Source: Candidatus Micrarchaeota archaeon
Lineage (GTDB): Archaea; Micrarchaeota; Micrarchaeia; Norongarragalinales; SBBD01
DNA length: 64,000 nt
Assembly: GCA_018819225.1 (NCBI GenBank)
Contig: JAHJQN010000004.1
Location: forward strand, 96,001 to 160,000
Direction: 5' to 3'
Below are positions 56,449 to 64,000 of this stretch, piece by piece. Position numbers and translations under genes: made by a program. The stretch's first letter is position 1, and each line of letters opens with the position of its first letter. The notes beneath the pieces are model-generated. The model was given only the letters and a program-made list of their open reading frames with translations. It did no database searches and was not told where the DNA came from.

Positions 56449-57346
56449 GAATAAGACCCGGATTCTTCAATGAGTTGAACAACGCAGAGATTCCGACGAC
56501 GGTGATAGCACCCGTAACCATTAACAGCAACCCAATGCCTTTCTCCAAGGAAACCGTCTGGCCGAGGAATGCGAAAGAGAGCATGGCGGTAATGGGTTGA
56601 CCGAGCATGAGAATCGCGGTAGCCATACTCACCCGGATGTACTTCAACCCCGTATACCAGAATAAAACGAATAGCGTCAAGAAAGCGGTGGTCAGGAATA
56701 CCCATTGCCATTGCATGACGGATAAGGCCCCAACACCCGCCCATTTTCCGGTCAACGCCAAGTATCCCAATAGGAAGAGCGATCCGAAGAACATGCGTCC
56801 AAACGCCACGATGCGTCCGTTCAGGCGAGAGAGCACGTGCTTTGCCCACACGTTATCCGATGCCCAGAGAACCGTAGCCAATAGAATCATGGCATCCGCC
56901 ATCGAGAACGCCGCAAGATCCGAGAAAAAGAAGAAGTTGCCAAGAAGTAACAAAGCCGCTCCGGCTGCAAAGCGTACATCAAGCTTTTCCTTCAAGAATA
57001 TGACTGCGAGAAAAGACGCCCAAATGAATAACGTTTTGTGAATGAATCCCGCATTAACAGCCGTCGTCTGCTGGAGAGCATTAAAGAACAACAGAAACGG
57101 AAGAAAACCGCCAATAAAACCAATTCCGACGAGTGATATCCACTGACGCCCAGAAATCGCCTGCAGGTCCCTCCATTCCCTTAACAAGAACAGTACGGAT
57201 AGCAGGAAAACGGCCACCAAGCCATTCTTGAGAAAGGTGAATAAGGATGCATCAAACCCCCCAACCGCAAATTGATTCAGGAAAATAGATACTCCCGAAA
57301 TGAACGCAGTAATCAACGCGAAAACGATTCCCTTGGATTCCGACAT
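56429..57346 (-). CDS. DMT/EamA transporter
   Basis: duplicated 5-TM EamA pattern. Confidence 0.85.
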   Translation of the reverse strand: MSESKGIVFALITAFISGVSIFLNQFAVGGFDASLFTFLKNGLVAVFLLSVLFLLREWRDLQAISGRQWISLVGIGFIGGFLPFLLFFNALQQTTAVNAGFIHKTLFIWASFLAVIFLKEKLDVRFAAGAALLLLGNFFFFSDLAAFSMADAMILLATVLWASDNVWAKHVLSRLNGRIVAFGRMFFGSLFLLGYLALTGKWAGVGALSVMQWQWVFLTTAFLTLFVLFWYTGLKYIRVSMATAILMLGQPITAMLSFAFLGQTVSLEKGIGLLLMVTGAITVVGISALFNSLKNPGLILAGKRS

Positions 57347-57403
57347 GCCATACCCCTCCGCACGAGCACGGTATTAAAATAACGAGGGAATAAAAGGCTT
57401 TTC

Positions 57404-57814
57404 ATGAAACGTAAAACCGTATTGGTTTTCGGGAATCCGTTAGTGGAAAACGACGCATTAGCCTTGAAAATCATGCCCGCACTCCAAAAAGAGTTTCCCG
57501 AAATTGAATTTAAGGAGTTCGATACCGCGGAAGATTTGGAAAAAGAGGGCCGTACCCTTCTCATATTGGACGTGGTGGAAGGATTGGAGACCGCGAAATG
57601 CATTTCAAATTTCGAGCAACTGCACACGCAAACCGTGTACTCATTACACGATTTTGACTTGGGAGTCACATTAAAACTTCTAAAAAAATTGGAGATCTTG
57701 GACGCATTTACGGTTTTTGGCCTGCCCATGAATGCGCGCCCAGACGACGCCCTTAAACAAGTGATTCCCTTGATCAAGTCCAGTTTACTTTCAGAAAGTG
57801 AGACGCGCAACTGA
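57404..57814 (+). CDS. Hydrogenase maturation protease-like protein
   Basis: VFGNPLVEND, ILDVV, SLHDFDLG. Confidence 0.7.
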   Translation: MKRKTVLVFGNPLVENDALALKIMPALQKEFPEIEFKEFDTAEDLEKEGRTLLILDVVEGLETAKCISNFEQLHTQTVYSLHDFDLGVTLKLLKKLEILDAFTVFGLPMNARPDDALKQVIPLIKSSLLSESETRN

Positions 57815-59069
57815 AGCACGGATCGTATGCTCGAATCAATTTTTCCATTTCGAACGTGATTTTCTCCTTGCTCTTATCCAGATGCTCCGTCACCAACAAC
57901 TTCAAATCATCCTCCATATTGATTTGATTCTGGGCCGAAGGCGTCACAATGTTCGCGTATTGAATGGAACCGTCGGGTTTGATGGAAACCATGTAGTAGA
58001 GATTGCCGCGCGGCGCTTCAATGACCGCAACCCCCGTTGAATCCGTGTTCTTCGGTAAAGGAGCCGGTTGCACCGCCGCTTCCTTCTTGAAATCAGCGCC
58101 TTCCAGAATATCCAGGGCGTGGTCAATGCCGTGTAAAATCTCAATGCCTTGCGCCAAATTGTTATGAAAAATATTATTGGACGGAAACACGCTGATGAAT
58201 TTCTTCGCGTCCCTGATCGTATGGGGATGCAACGCCGCACGATTCAAGTTCATGCGCGGCAACGCCCCGACCATGTAATCCATTCCCTCAAATTCATATC
58301 CGGCGGATTGCGAGTACGGAATGACGACGCGCGTCAAATGCTCTCCGTAATGCTCTTCATGAACGCACAATCCTCGCGAGCTATGAATCATTCCATCCAA
58401 ATAATCGTATTGATCGGATACGAGCGCCACGTTGTGCGTCGTCCTCCGGAAATCGAACGGACAATCCAAGTAAATTTGAAGCAGATCCAGCACGTACGGG
58501 CGCACGTCCCTCAATTCCTTAATAACGGGTTGGATTTGTTCGGTAGTCGGTGCGACCGAATACCCGCCCACTTGGGAATAAATGCCGTGTATGGCGCGCC
58601 CGAGAATCATTTTTGACAACGCGTTTCCGGCACTTTTTACGTGAAACGCTTGGTGAAGCAGCTCCTTTTCCGGCCCTTCCAGATCCAGGACCGAATCTTT
58701 TCCCAACACGTCCGGAAGCGAAAACAAGTACAAGTGCATGGCATGATCCCGAATCATGAGCCCATCCATAGTCAATTGACGAAAGAGGCGCGATTGATCC
58801 GATATCGTGATATCCACCGCCTTTTCAACGGCTTCCAAAGAACAATTCAAATGAGCCACGCTACAGGTCCCACAAATACGGGAAACGAGTTGGGGCACCG
58901 TATGAAAGGGTCGGCCGCGCACCGCCTGTTCGTAAAATCGCTTGTTTTCATTTACTTTCAGCTTAACTTCCTGCACTTCCCCGCTTCGAATCTTCACATC
59001 GATTTCCGCGTGCCCTTCAATCTTGCTGATCTGATCAATCGTGATATCCAAATCCTGTTGATGCGACAA
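57774..59069 (-). CDS. NiFe hydrogenase large subunit (group 3b-like)
   Basis: KIEGH, RICGTC..AH, EAPRG, RAYDPCFSCASH with short C-terminal extension. Confidence 0.92.
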   Translation of the reverse strand: MSHQQDLDITIDQISKIEGHAEIDVKIRSGEVQEVKLKVNENKRFYEQAVRGRPFHTVPQLVSRICGTCSVAHLNCSLEAVEKAVDITISDQSRLFRQLTMDGLMIRDHAMHLYLFSLPDVLGKDSVLDLEGPEKELLHQAFHVKSAGNALSKMILGRAIHGIYSQVGGYSVAPTTEQIQPVIKELRDVRPYVLDLLQIYLDCPFDFRRTTHNVALVSDQYDYLDGMIHSSRGLCVHEEHYGEHLTRVVIPYSQSAGYEFEGMDYMVGALPRMNLNRAALHPHTIRDAKKFISVFPSNNIFHNNLAQGIEILHGIDHALDILEGADFKKEAAVQPAPLPKNTDSTGVAVIEAPRGNLYYMVSIKPDGSIQYANIVTPSAQNQINMEDDLKLLVTEHLDKSKEKITFEMEKLIRAYDPCFSCASHFLKVNWT

Positions 59070-59070
59070 A

Positions 59071-59550
59071 TTACGTCACCCCGAACTCCTTCAAATAATT
59101 CTCCATCACTTTAACGAACGTCGGCTCAATAATCGGGCACCCCGGAACCACGGCATCCACCCTAACGAACGCGTTCAAAGGCTGCACCTTCTCCAAGTGC
59201 TGGAATTGTTGTAAAATGGGCCGAATTTCCTCGCGCGTTGCCTCATCAAAAAAGTTGCGATGATTGGAAGGCGCTCCGCTGATCGCGCACGTGCCAATGG
59301 CAACCACTTTCTTTGAATTCTCGCGAATCTCCAAAAGCTTTCTCCGGTCTTTATCGGAAGCAATCGCGCCTTCGACAAAAGAAACATCAATATCCGCCAT
59401 ATCGTTCTTGTTTCGCAAAACGCGAGCATGCACGAAATCAACCTTGTCCGCCCAATCCCTGATCTTGTAATTGAGGATTTCAACGAACGTAATAACGCAT
59501 CCTTCATCCCCCGTAAACGAGAAGATGCCCACCCGCAGTTTCTTGCCCAT
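59071..59550 (-). CDS. NiFe hydrogenase small subunit, short HoxY/HydD-like form
   Basis: FTGDEGC, VEGAI, AIGTCA, VPGCP. Confidence 0.85.
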   Translation of the reverse strand: MGKKLRVGIFSFTGDEGCVITFVEILNYKIRDWADKVDFVHARVLRNKNDMADIDVSFVEGAIASDKDRRKLLEIRENSKKVVAIGTCAISGAPSNHRNFFDEATREEIRPILQQFQHLEKVQPLNAFVRVDAVVPGCPIIEPTFVKVMENYLKEFGVT

Positions 59551-59593
59551 GCGAAACGAACAACGCGAGCCTAAAAAAAGGTTTCCATTCTTT

Positions 59594-60370
59594 TCATTCA
59601 AAAAACGCGTCCATGGTTTTCTGCTTCCTTTGGAGACCCTTGATTTTCGCCGAAGGATTCCGGATTTCGTACTCCAGTTTAAAGTATTCCAATCCGGAAT
59701 GCTCCAACATCTTCAAGGCATTCGGCGTCACGTGCGGGGAACACAAGATGCCGCGAACGTGTTTCCCTTTGCGCTTGGACAGCTCCTGCACGTATCGCGA
59801 TAACTGAGACACGGCATCCAATCCGGCCTCGCGACGCTTGACTTCGATAACGACCAAATTCCGATCACGATCCTCCGCCAGAATGTCAATCGTGCCCTTA
59901 CGCATCTCGGATTCCTGTTGAAGCGGGATTAAACCCTTCTCGATGAGATGAAGATCCTGCATCAACAAATCGGATAACTCTCTCTCCGAACCAAACAATT
60001 TGAGCTTCTGGTCGTCCTTCAATGAAAACGCGTGCGCGGAATACACGTTAAAAAAGTGCACATCAATTCGTTCATTCAAACCCGTCCGCTTCTTACGAAC
60101 CGCGGATATGACCAGCGCTTCCTCCCCGTTTTCCCTTGAAATTCGGGTCGAAACCACCGCACCCGGGCCTTGATAATTGATGGCCGTCATCCCCTGGGTT
60201 TGATGCACTAAAAACGTGCCGTCATTCTTGATGAGTACGACGCGATCCCCTTCCGACAGCTTCGAGGCCGCTCGACCTTCATAACGGACCCGACAGCTCC
60301 CCACCAGTAAAGTAAACGCGCCCTCCTCTAAAGCGCTATTAACGACTCGCTGGGCCTCCATCAATTCCAT
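59594..60370 (-). CDS. nucS: Endonuclease NucS
   Basis: YEGRA.S.L..GDR...K.DG..LVH, G.IDILA.D, IEVKR, QLSRY. Confidence 0.93.
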   Translation of the reverse strand: MELMEAQRVVNSALEEGAFTLLVGSCRVRYEGRAASKLSEGDRVVLIKNDGTFLVHQTQGMTAINYQGPGAVVSTRISRENGEEALVISAVRKKRTGLNERIDVHFFNVYSAHAFSLKDDQKLKLFGSERELSDLLMQDLHLIEKGLIPLQQESEMRKGTIDILAEDRDRNLVVIEVKRREAGLDAVSQLSRYVQELSKRKGKHVRGILCSPHVTPNALKMLEHSGLEYFKLEYEIRNPSAKIKGLQRKQKTMDAFFE

Positions 60371-60384
60371 AAATAAAAACAAAT

Positions 60385-60891
60385 CTAGTTCAATAGCAAT
60401 TTGGAAATGGCTTCACCAAAATCCTTGGCCGCCTTCGGGCCGTTTGCCGTGACAATCATTCCATCCACCGTTACCGGCGCTCCCGTATACTCCGCGCCCT
60501 TTTCTTTCAAACGCGGGGCCTCACTTTCGAAACACGTGGCTTGTTTTCCCGCCAACACACCCGCGTTCGCCAACGTAACCGGCGCAATGCATATGGCCGC
60601 CGTCGGTTTGCCCGCTCTCGAAAACGCGCGACAAAGATCATGCGCACGAGCGTCATTAAAGTAAATGCTGGCTCCCGCGCCGCCCACAAAAACAACGGCA
60701 TCATATTTTTCCGTTTGGACGTCCACGAACATCACGTCCGTAGACACCCGCTGGCCAAACTTGCTCGTGGACATGCGCTCGTACGAAGTCGTCACCACTC
60801 GAAAACCGCGGTTTTCAAAGACTTGCTTTGGATGAAAATATTCCTCATCCCGAAAATTCTTAGTGGAAATGACCATCAGAATTGTTTTCAT
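60385..60891 (-). CDS. DJ-1/PfpI family protein
   Basis: FRDEE, FVGGAG, AAICIAP, VTANGP. Confidence 0.9.
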   Translation of the reverse strand: MKTILMVISTKNFRDEEYFHPKQVFENRGFRVVTTSYERMSTSKFGQRVSTDVMFVDVQTEKYDAVVFVGGAGASIYFNDARAHDLCRAFSRAGKPTAAICIAPVTLANAGVLAGKQATCFESEAPRLKEKGAEYTGAPVTVDGMIVTANGPKAAKDFGEAISKLLLN

Positions 60892-61020
60892 TTTGGCGAC
60901 TACCTTCCATGCGTTACACGGAGAAATTAGGCTGAGAAGTATAAAAAAGAGTTCGGTTGATCCCGAGCAGCCAACACAAGCCATTAATACTGGTCCAGCC
61001 ATAATCATTAAGTGAATACT

Positions 61021-61302
61021 ATGAAAACCGAATGCGACCACATTAAAGAAAACTCGGATCTTCCCAAAAAAAAGCGCGAATGCAACGAATGCGTGAAGGA
61101 GGGGGCGCAATGGACGTCATTACGCCAATGCCTGACCTGCGGTCACGTGGGCTGCTGTGATTCTTCCGAAAAGAAACACGCCACCAAACACTTTCATGAC
61201 CTTCGGCATCCCGTCATGCAATCATACGAAAAAGGCGATTCGTGGAAGTACTGCTATGTCCACCAAGATTTTGTTAATGCGAAATACGATACGAAATTTT
61301 GA
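61021..61302 (+). CDS. UBP-type zinc finger protein
   Basis: CNEC, LRQCLTCGHVGCCDSS..KHA..H, W.YCY. Confidence 0.9.
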   Translation: MKTECDHIKENSDLPKKKRECNECVKEGAQWTSLRQCLTCGHVGCCDSSEKKHATKHFHDLRHPVMQSYEKGDSWKYCYVHQDFVNAKYDTKF

Positions 61303-61359
61303 AGCCTAAACCGCATCCATATATTCCCGAGCCGCTTGGTATGGCTCGGTGATTCAGGC

Positions 61360-61749
61360 ATGGATAGGGTTACGCACTTCGATGTCCCAGTAAACGACGT
61401 AAAACGCGCCAAGCAATTCTATGCGGAAGCGTTTCAGTGGCAATGTTCGGATGTTCCCGGAATGGGGTATACGATGATTACCACTACCGCAGTGGATGAT
61501 CAGCAAATGCCTAAACAACCGGGCGCCATCAATGGAGGAATGTTCAAGCGAAACAAGGAGCATCCGGTCCAGAATGTTACCGCGGTGGTCGCCGTGGATA
61601 ACCTAGAGGAAAAAATGAAGGCCGTTGAAGCGGCCGGGGGAAAAATCCTTGCGCCCGTTCAAAAAGTGGGCGAAATGGGTTTGCATGCGCTGGTCGAGGA
61701 TACCGAAGGAAATACTTTCGGAATTTGGCAATCCATCAAGAAAGGATAG
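61360..61749 (+). CDS. VOC/glyoxalase family protein
   Basis: HFDVPV.D..RAK.FY, AINGG, DTEGN.FGIWQ. Confidence 0.9.
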   Translation: MDRVTHFDVPVNDVKRAKQFYAEAFQWQCSDVPGMGYTMITTTAVDDQQMPKQPGAINGGMFKRNKEHPVQNVTAVVAVDNLEEKMKAVEAAGGKILAPVQKVGEMGLHALVEDTEGNTFGIWQSIKKG

Positions 61750-61759
61750 ACGGCGTCCA

Positions 61760-61912
61760 TTAAATGTATCCGTGCATGGACGCATACAATAATACGCCGA
61801 TCAGGAAAAATGTGCCTCCCCAATACGTATTCCCTTGACTCAAAAGCCACGCTCCCATTCCTAACGCGACAAATTCCACGTAAAAAAATTCAGCGTGAGC
61901 CCGCAATGTCAA
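61760..61912 (-). CDS. Small 2-TM protein, 50 aa (not in ORF track)
   Basis: TTG overlapping the FTR1 stop; MTLRAHAEFFYVEFVALGMGAWLLSQGNTYWGGTFFLIGVLLYASMHGYI*. Confidence 0.5.
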   Translation of the reverse strand: MTLRAHAEFFYVEFVALGMGAWLLSQGNTYWGGTFFLIGVLLYASMHGYI

Positions 61913-62739
61913 AACCCTCGATGTTTGGAATAGCGCGTATAAATTAAATACAACGAACCCACGTATAATGCATACGCCAATAATTGAAGCGCCGAAGGAT
62001 TCCCATCGTATCCGACCATGCCCTTCAACACACCCCCGATCAACCCCTTTTCATGCCAAAACGGATAGGAACCATCCGCTGATACCGGAGGATTCACGTT
62101 ATACACGTGCTCAACAAACGTGGGCAACACGTTCGCTTCCTGCAATTCATGGATGCCTTGAGAAAACAATCCCGCCGCAAGAAGAAGTAACAAGAGGCTC
62201 GTGTACTTGAAAAACCGGTTCAGATCCAGGTGAGCCAAACGCGAGAAAAACACGTAAGCAAGCAAAACGGCTGCAAGGGCCCCCAACACCACGCTGAACG
62301 CATTCAACGATCCGGTGCTCAGCGATATTCCTCCTAAAAACAAGACGACTTCCACGCCTTCCCGGAATACGGCCACAAAAGCAAACAACACGAGGCCCAA
62401 ACGATGCTCCTCATCCATCGTCACCTTCAGTTTTTGGTGGATGCGTTCCCGCAACCGCGTTTGTTGAAGCATCCACACCAGCAGCCATGTGACGAACAAG
62501 GAAGCCACCACCAGCAGAACGCCTTCAAACAACGCCTCGTTCGCTTCAAATCCTCCGGCAAACGTTTCGAAAGCGAATGCGGAGGCGATGCTCGCCAAAA
62601 CCGCTAATACGACTCCGAGATACACGAAGCGGTTGAATCGGGTGTTCCCTGTCTTATACAAATACGCGAGAATGATGCCGACCAGCAACGCAATCTCAAA
62701 AAATTCCCTGAAGGATACGACGAACTCTGCGAGTGACAC
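61909..62739 (-). CDS. FTR1/EfeU-family iron permease
   Basis: two RExxE motifs (REFFE, REGVE). Confidence 0.9.
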   Translation of the reverse strand: MSLAEFVVSFREFFEIALLVGIILAYLYKTGNTRFNRFVYLGVVLAVLASIASAFAFETFAGGFEANEALFEGVLLVVASLFVTWLLVWMLQQTRLRERIHQKLKVTMDEEHRLGLVLFAFVAVFREGVEVVLFLGGISLSTGSLNAFSVVLGALAAVLLAYVFFSRLAHLDLNRFFKYTSLLLLLLAAGLFSQGIHELQEANVLPTFVEHVYNVNPPVSADGSYPFWHEKGLIGGVLKGMVGYDGNPSALQLLAYALYVGSLYLIYTRYSKHRGF

Positions 62740-62870
62740 TTCGACACCTCAAACGAAAATAATCAGATGCCCCATTATATCGGGTATGATTTAAATACTT
62801 ACGGGTATCCGCATACGGATTAAACAACGCGTTTAAATTGCATGCACGCTTTAGATACTCGGTGAAAAAC

Positions 62871-63449
62871 ATGTCGTTGAACATCGCCGTCATTTACGGA
62901 TCCGTTCGAAGCGCTCGCGTGGGGTTGCGCGCCGCGAAATACATGGCCAACAAATGGAAAGACCGCGGACATGACGCGGAGATCATTGACCCTCAACAAT
63001 ACAATTTACCGATCATCGACAAGAAGTTTGCGGAATACCCCAAAGGAAAAGCCCCAAAAAACATCGCGGAAGTCGCTAAGAAACTGAATCAAGCGGACGG
63101 CTTCATCATCGTATCCGCGGAATACAATCACACGATTCCGCCGGCACTCAGCAACCTCCTGGACCACTATCGAACCGAGTATTCCTTCAAGCCCAGCGCC
63201 ATCGTCTCGTACTCGAATGGCAGTTTCGGAGGCGTGCGCGCCGCCGTTGCGTTGAGAACCATGCTCCCGGCATTGGGCATGCCCCCGATTCCCGCTTCAT
63301 TCCCTTTCCCGTACATCGAGAAAGCGTTGGATGCGGATGGCACGCCATTGGATCCCGCTTACAACCGGCGCATCAAGAAATTCCTGGATGAGTTCGAATG
63401 GTACGTAAATGCATTGAAGAACGCGCGAGCCAACGGCTTGCCGTACTAA
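62871..63449 (+). CDS. NADPH-dependent FMN reductase
   Basis: GSVR..R.G, EYNH..P.AL.N.LD, GSFGGVRA. Confidence 0.9.
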   Translation: MSLNIAVIYGSVRSARVGLRAAKYMANKWKDRGHDAEIIDPQQYNLPIIDKKFAEYPKGKAPKNIAEVAKKLNQADGFIIVSAEYNHTIPPALSNLLDHYRTEYSFKPSAIVSYSNGSFGGVRAAVALRTMLPALGMPPIPASFPFPYIEKALDADGTPLDPAYNRRIKKFLDEFEWYVNALKNARANGLPY

Positions 63450-63486
63450 ACGCTATGTTTTAATTCGCTGGACGCGTACCGATTCC

Positions 63487-64000
63487 ATGCCGCAAGAGCC
63501 CTCCCTAGTCGAACGGTTCAAGAAAATTCACTTTGAAGAGCGCGGGGGAAGCATGGCGGGCGTACGCATGGACGCTGCCCTTCAACAGCACGTGGAAACC
63601 GTTAAACAGACCCTGAGAAAGGACCGAAGCGCAGATGTTTCAGGAGTGCTGCAGGACCTTCGAAGTTTATTGCTGCACCAGCCGGCGAAAAACGAACCCG
63701 GTTTTCACACGCTTCACTCGCAGACCATGGAAAGTATCGCTGAACTCGGCGCGCGAAGCAACCGACCTGAAATCCGGAGAACGGCTGCGGATACGCTGGC
63801 AGAGTATTTTGCCGCGCATGGAAGCGGCATGTCTCCTGCGTTATCCGAAGAACTCGAATCCCACTTGAATTCATTGGAAGACCCTCGTGCACGACTTGTA
63901 CGCGCGAAACGAAAAAAACAAGCTCTTGCAGGGAAACCCGCTGGGCCATCCTTTTCCAGTGAAGAATGGATGCGCGTTCGCGGAACCCTGAAACAACATA
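63487..64000 (+). CDS. Hypothetical helical protein, runs off the window end
   Basis: open frame MPQEPSLVERFKKIHFEE... to the window edge. Confidence 0.55.
   Translation, partial: MPQEPSLVERFKKIHFEERGGSMAGVRMDAALQQHVETVKQTLRKDRSADVSGVLQDLRSLLLHQPAKNEPGFHTLHSQTMESIAELGARSNRPEIRRTAADTLAEYFAAHGSGMSPALSEELESHLNSLEDPRARLVRAKRKKQALAGKPAGPSFSSEEWMRVRGTLKQH

Noticed and set aside
63602-63949. 115-aa minus-strand ORF
   Set aside because: Shadow of a longer plus-strand frame starting at 63487

Overview
Archaeal chromosomal segment, most likely from a DPANN lineage such as Micrarchaeota or a relative. This is inferred from aEF-2, exosome Csl4, archaeal AlaRS, NucS, BHB-type tRNA introns, compact intergenic spacing and many Arg/Lys-rich orphan ORFs. 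Left end (1-2.2 kb): a low-GC tyrosine-integrase mini-element bounded by a 14-bp duplication of the tRNA-Ser(CGA) 3' end. At 2-10 kb: three tRNA genes (Ser-CGA with a 41-nt intron, Arg-CCG with a 108-nt structured intron, Ser-TGA), GT-C-type membrane proteins and a large surface protein. At 12-23 kb: a co-oriented minus-strand array of small basic orphan genes built from repeated GNAT, PTS-EIIB/LMW-PTP-like and unknown paralog families. Five of its gene junctions carry a fixed-length 18-bp imperfect palindrome (GTTCRTA-N4-TAWKAAC) between the stop codon and the next start. This cassette-like array is the best candidate for an undescribed system. At 24-64 kb: mostly housekeeping genes (csl4, sua5, nadM, rdgB, P-type ATPase, EF-2, alaS, GGR-family oxidoreductase, presenilin-like protease, nnrD, thioredoxins, S8 protease, PspC cluster, a minimal group-3-like NiFe hydrogenase cluster, nucS, DJ-1, FTR1, FMN reductase). 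All calls come from reading motifs by eye; no database searches were run.
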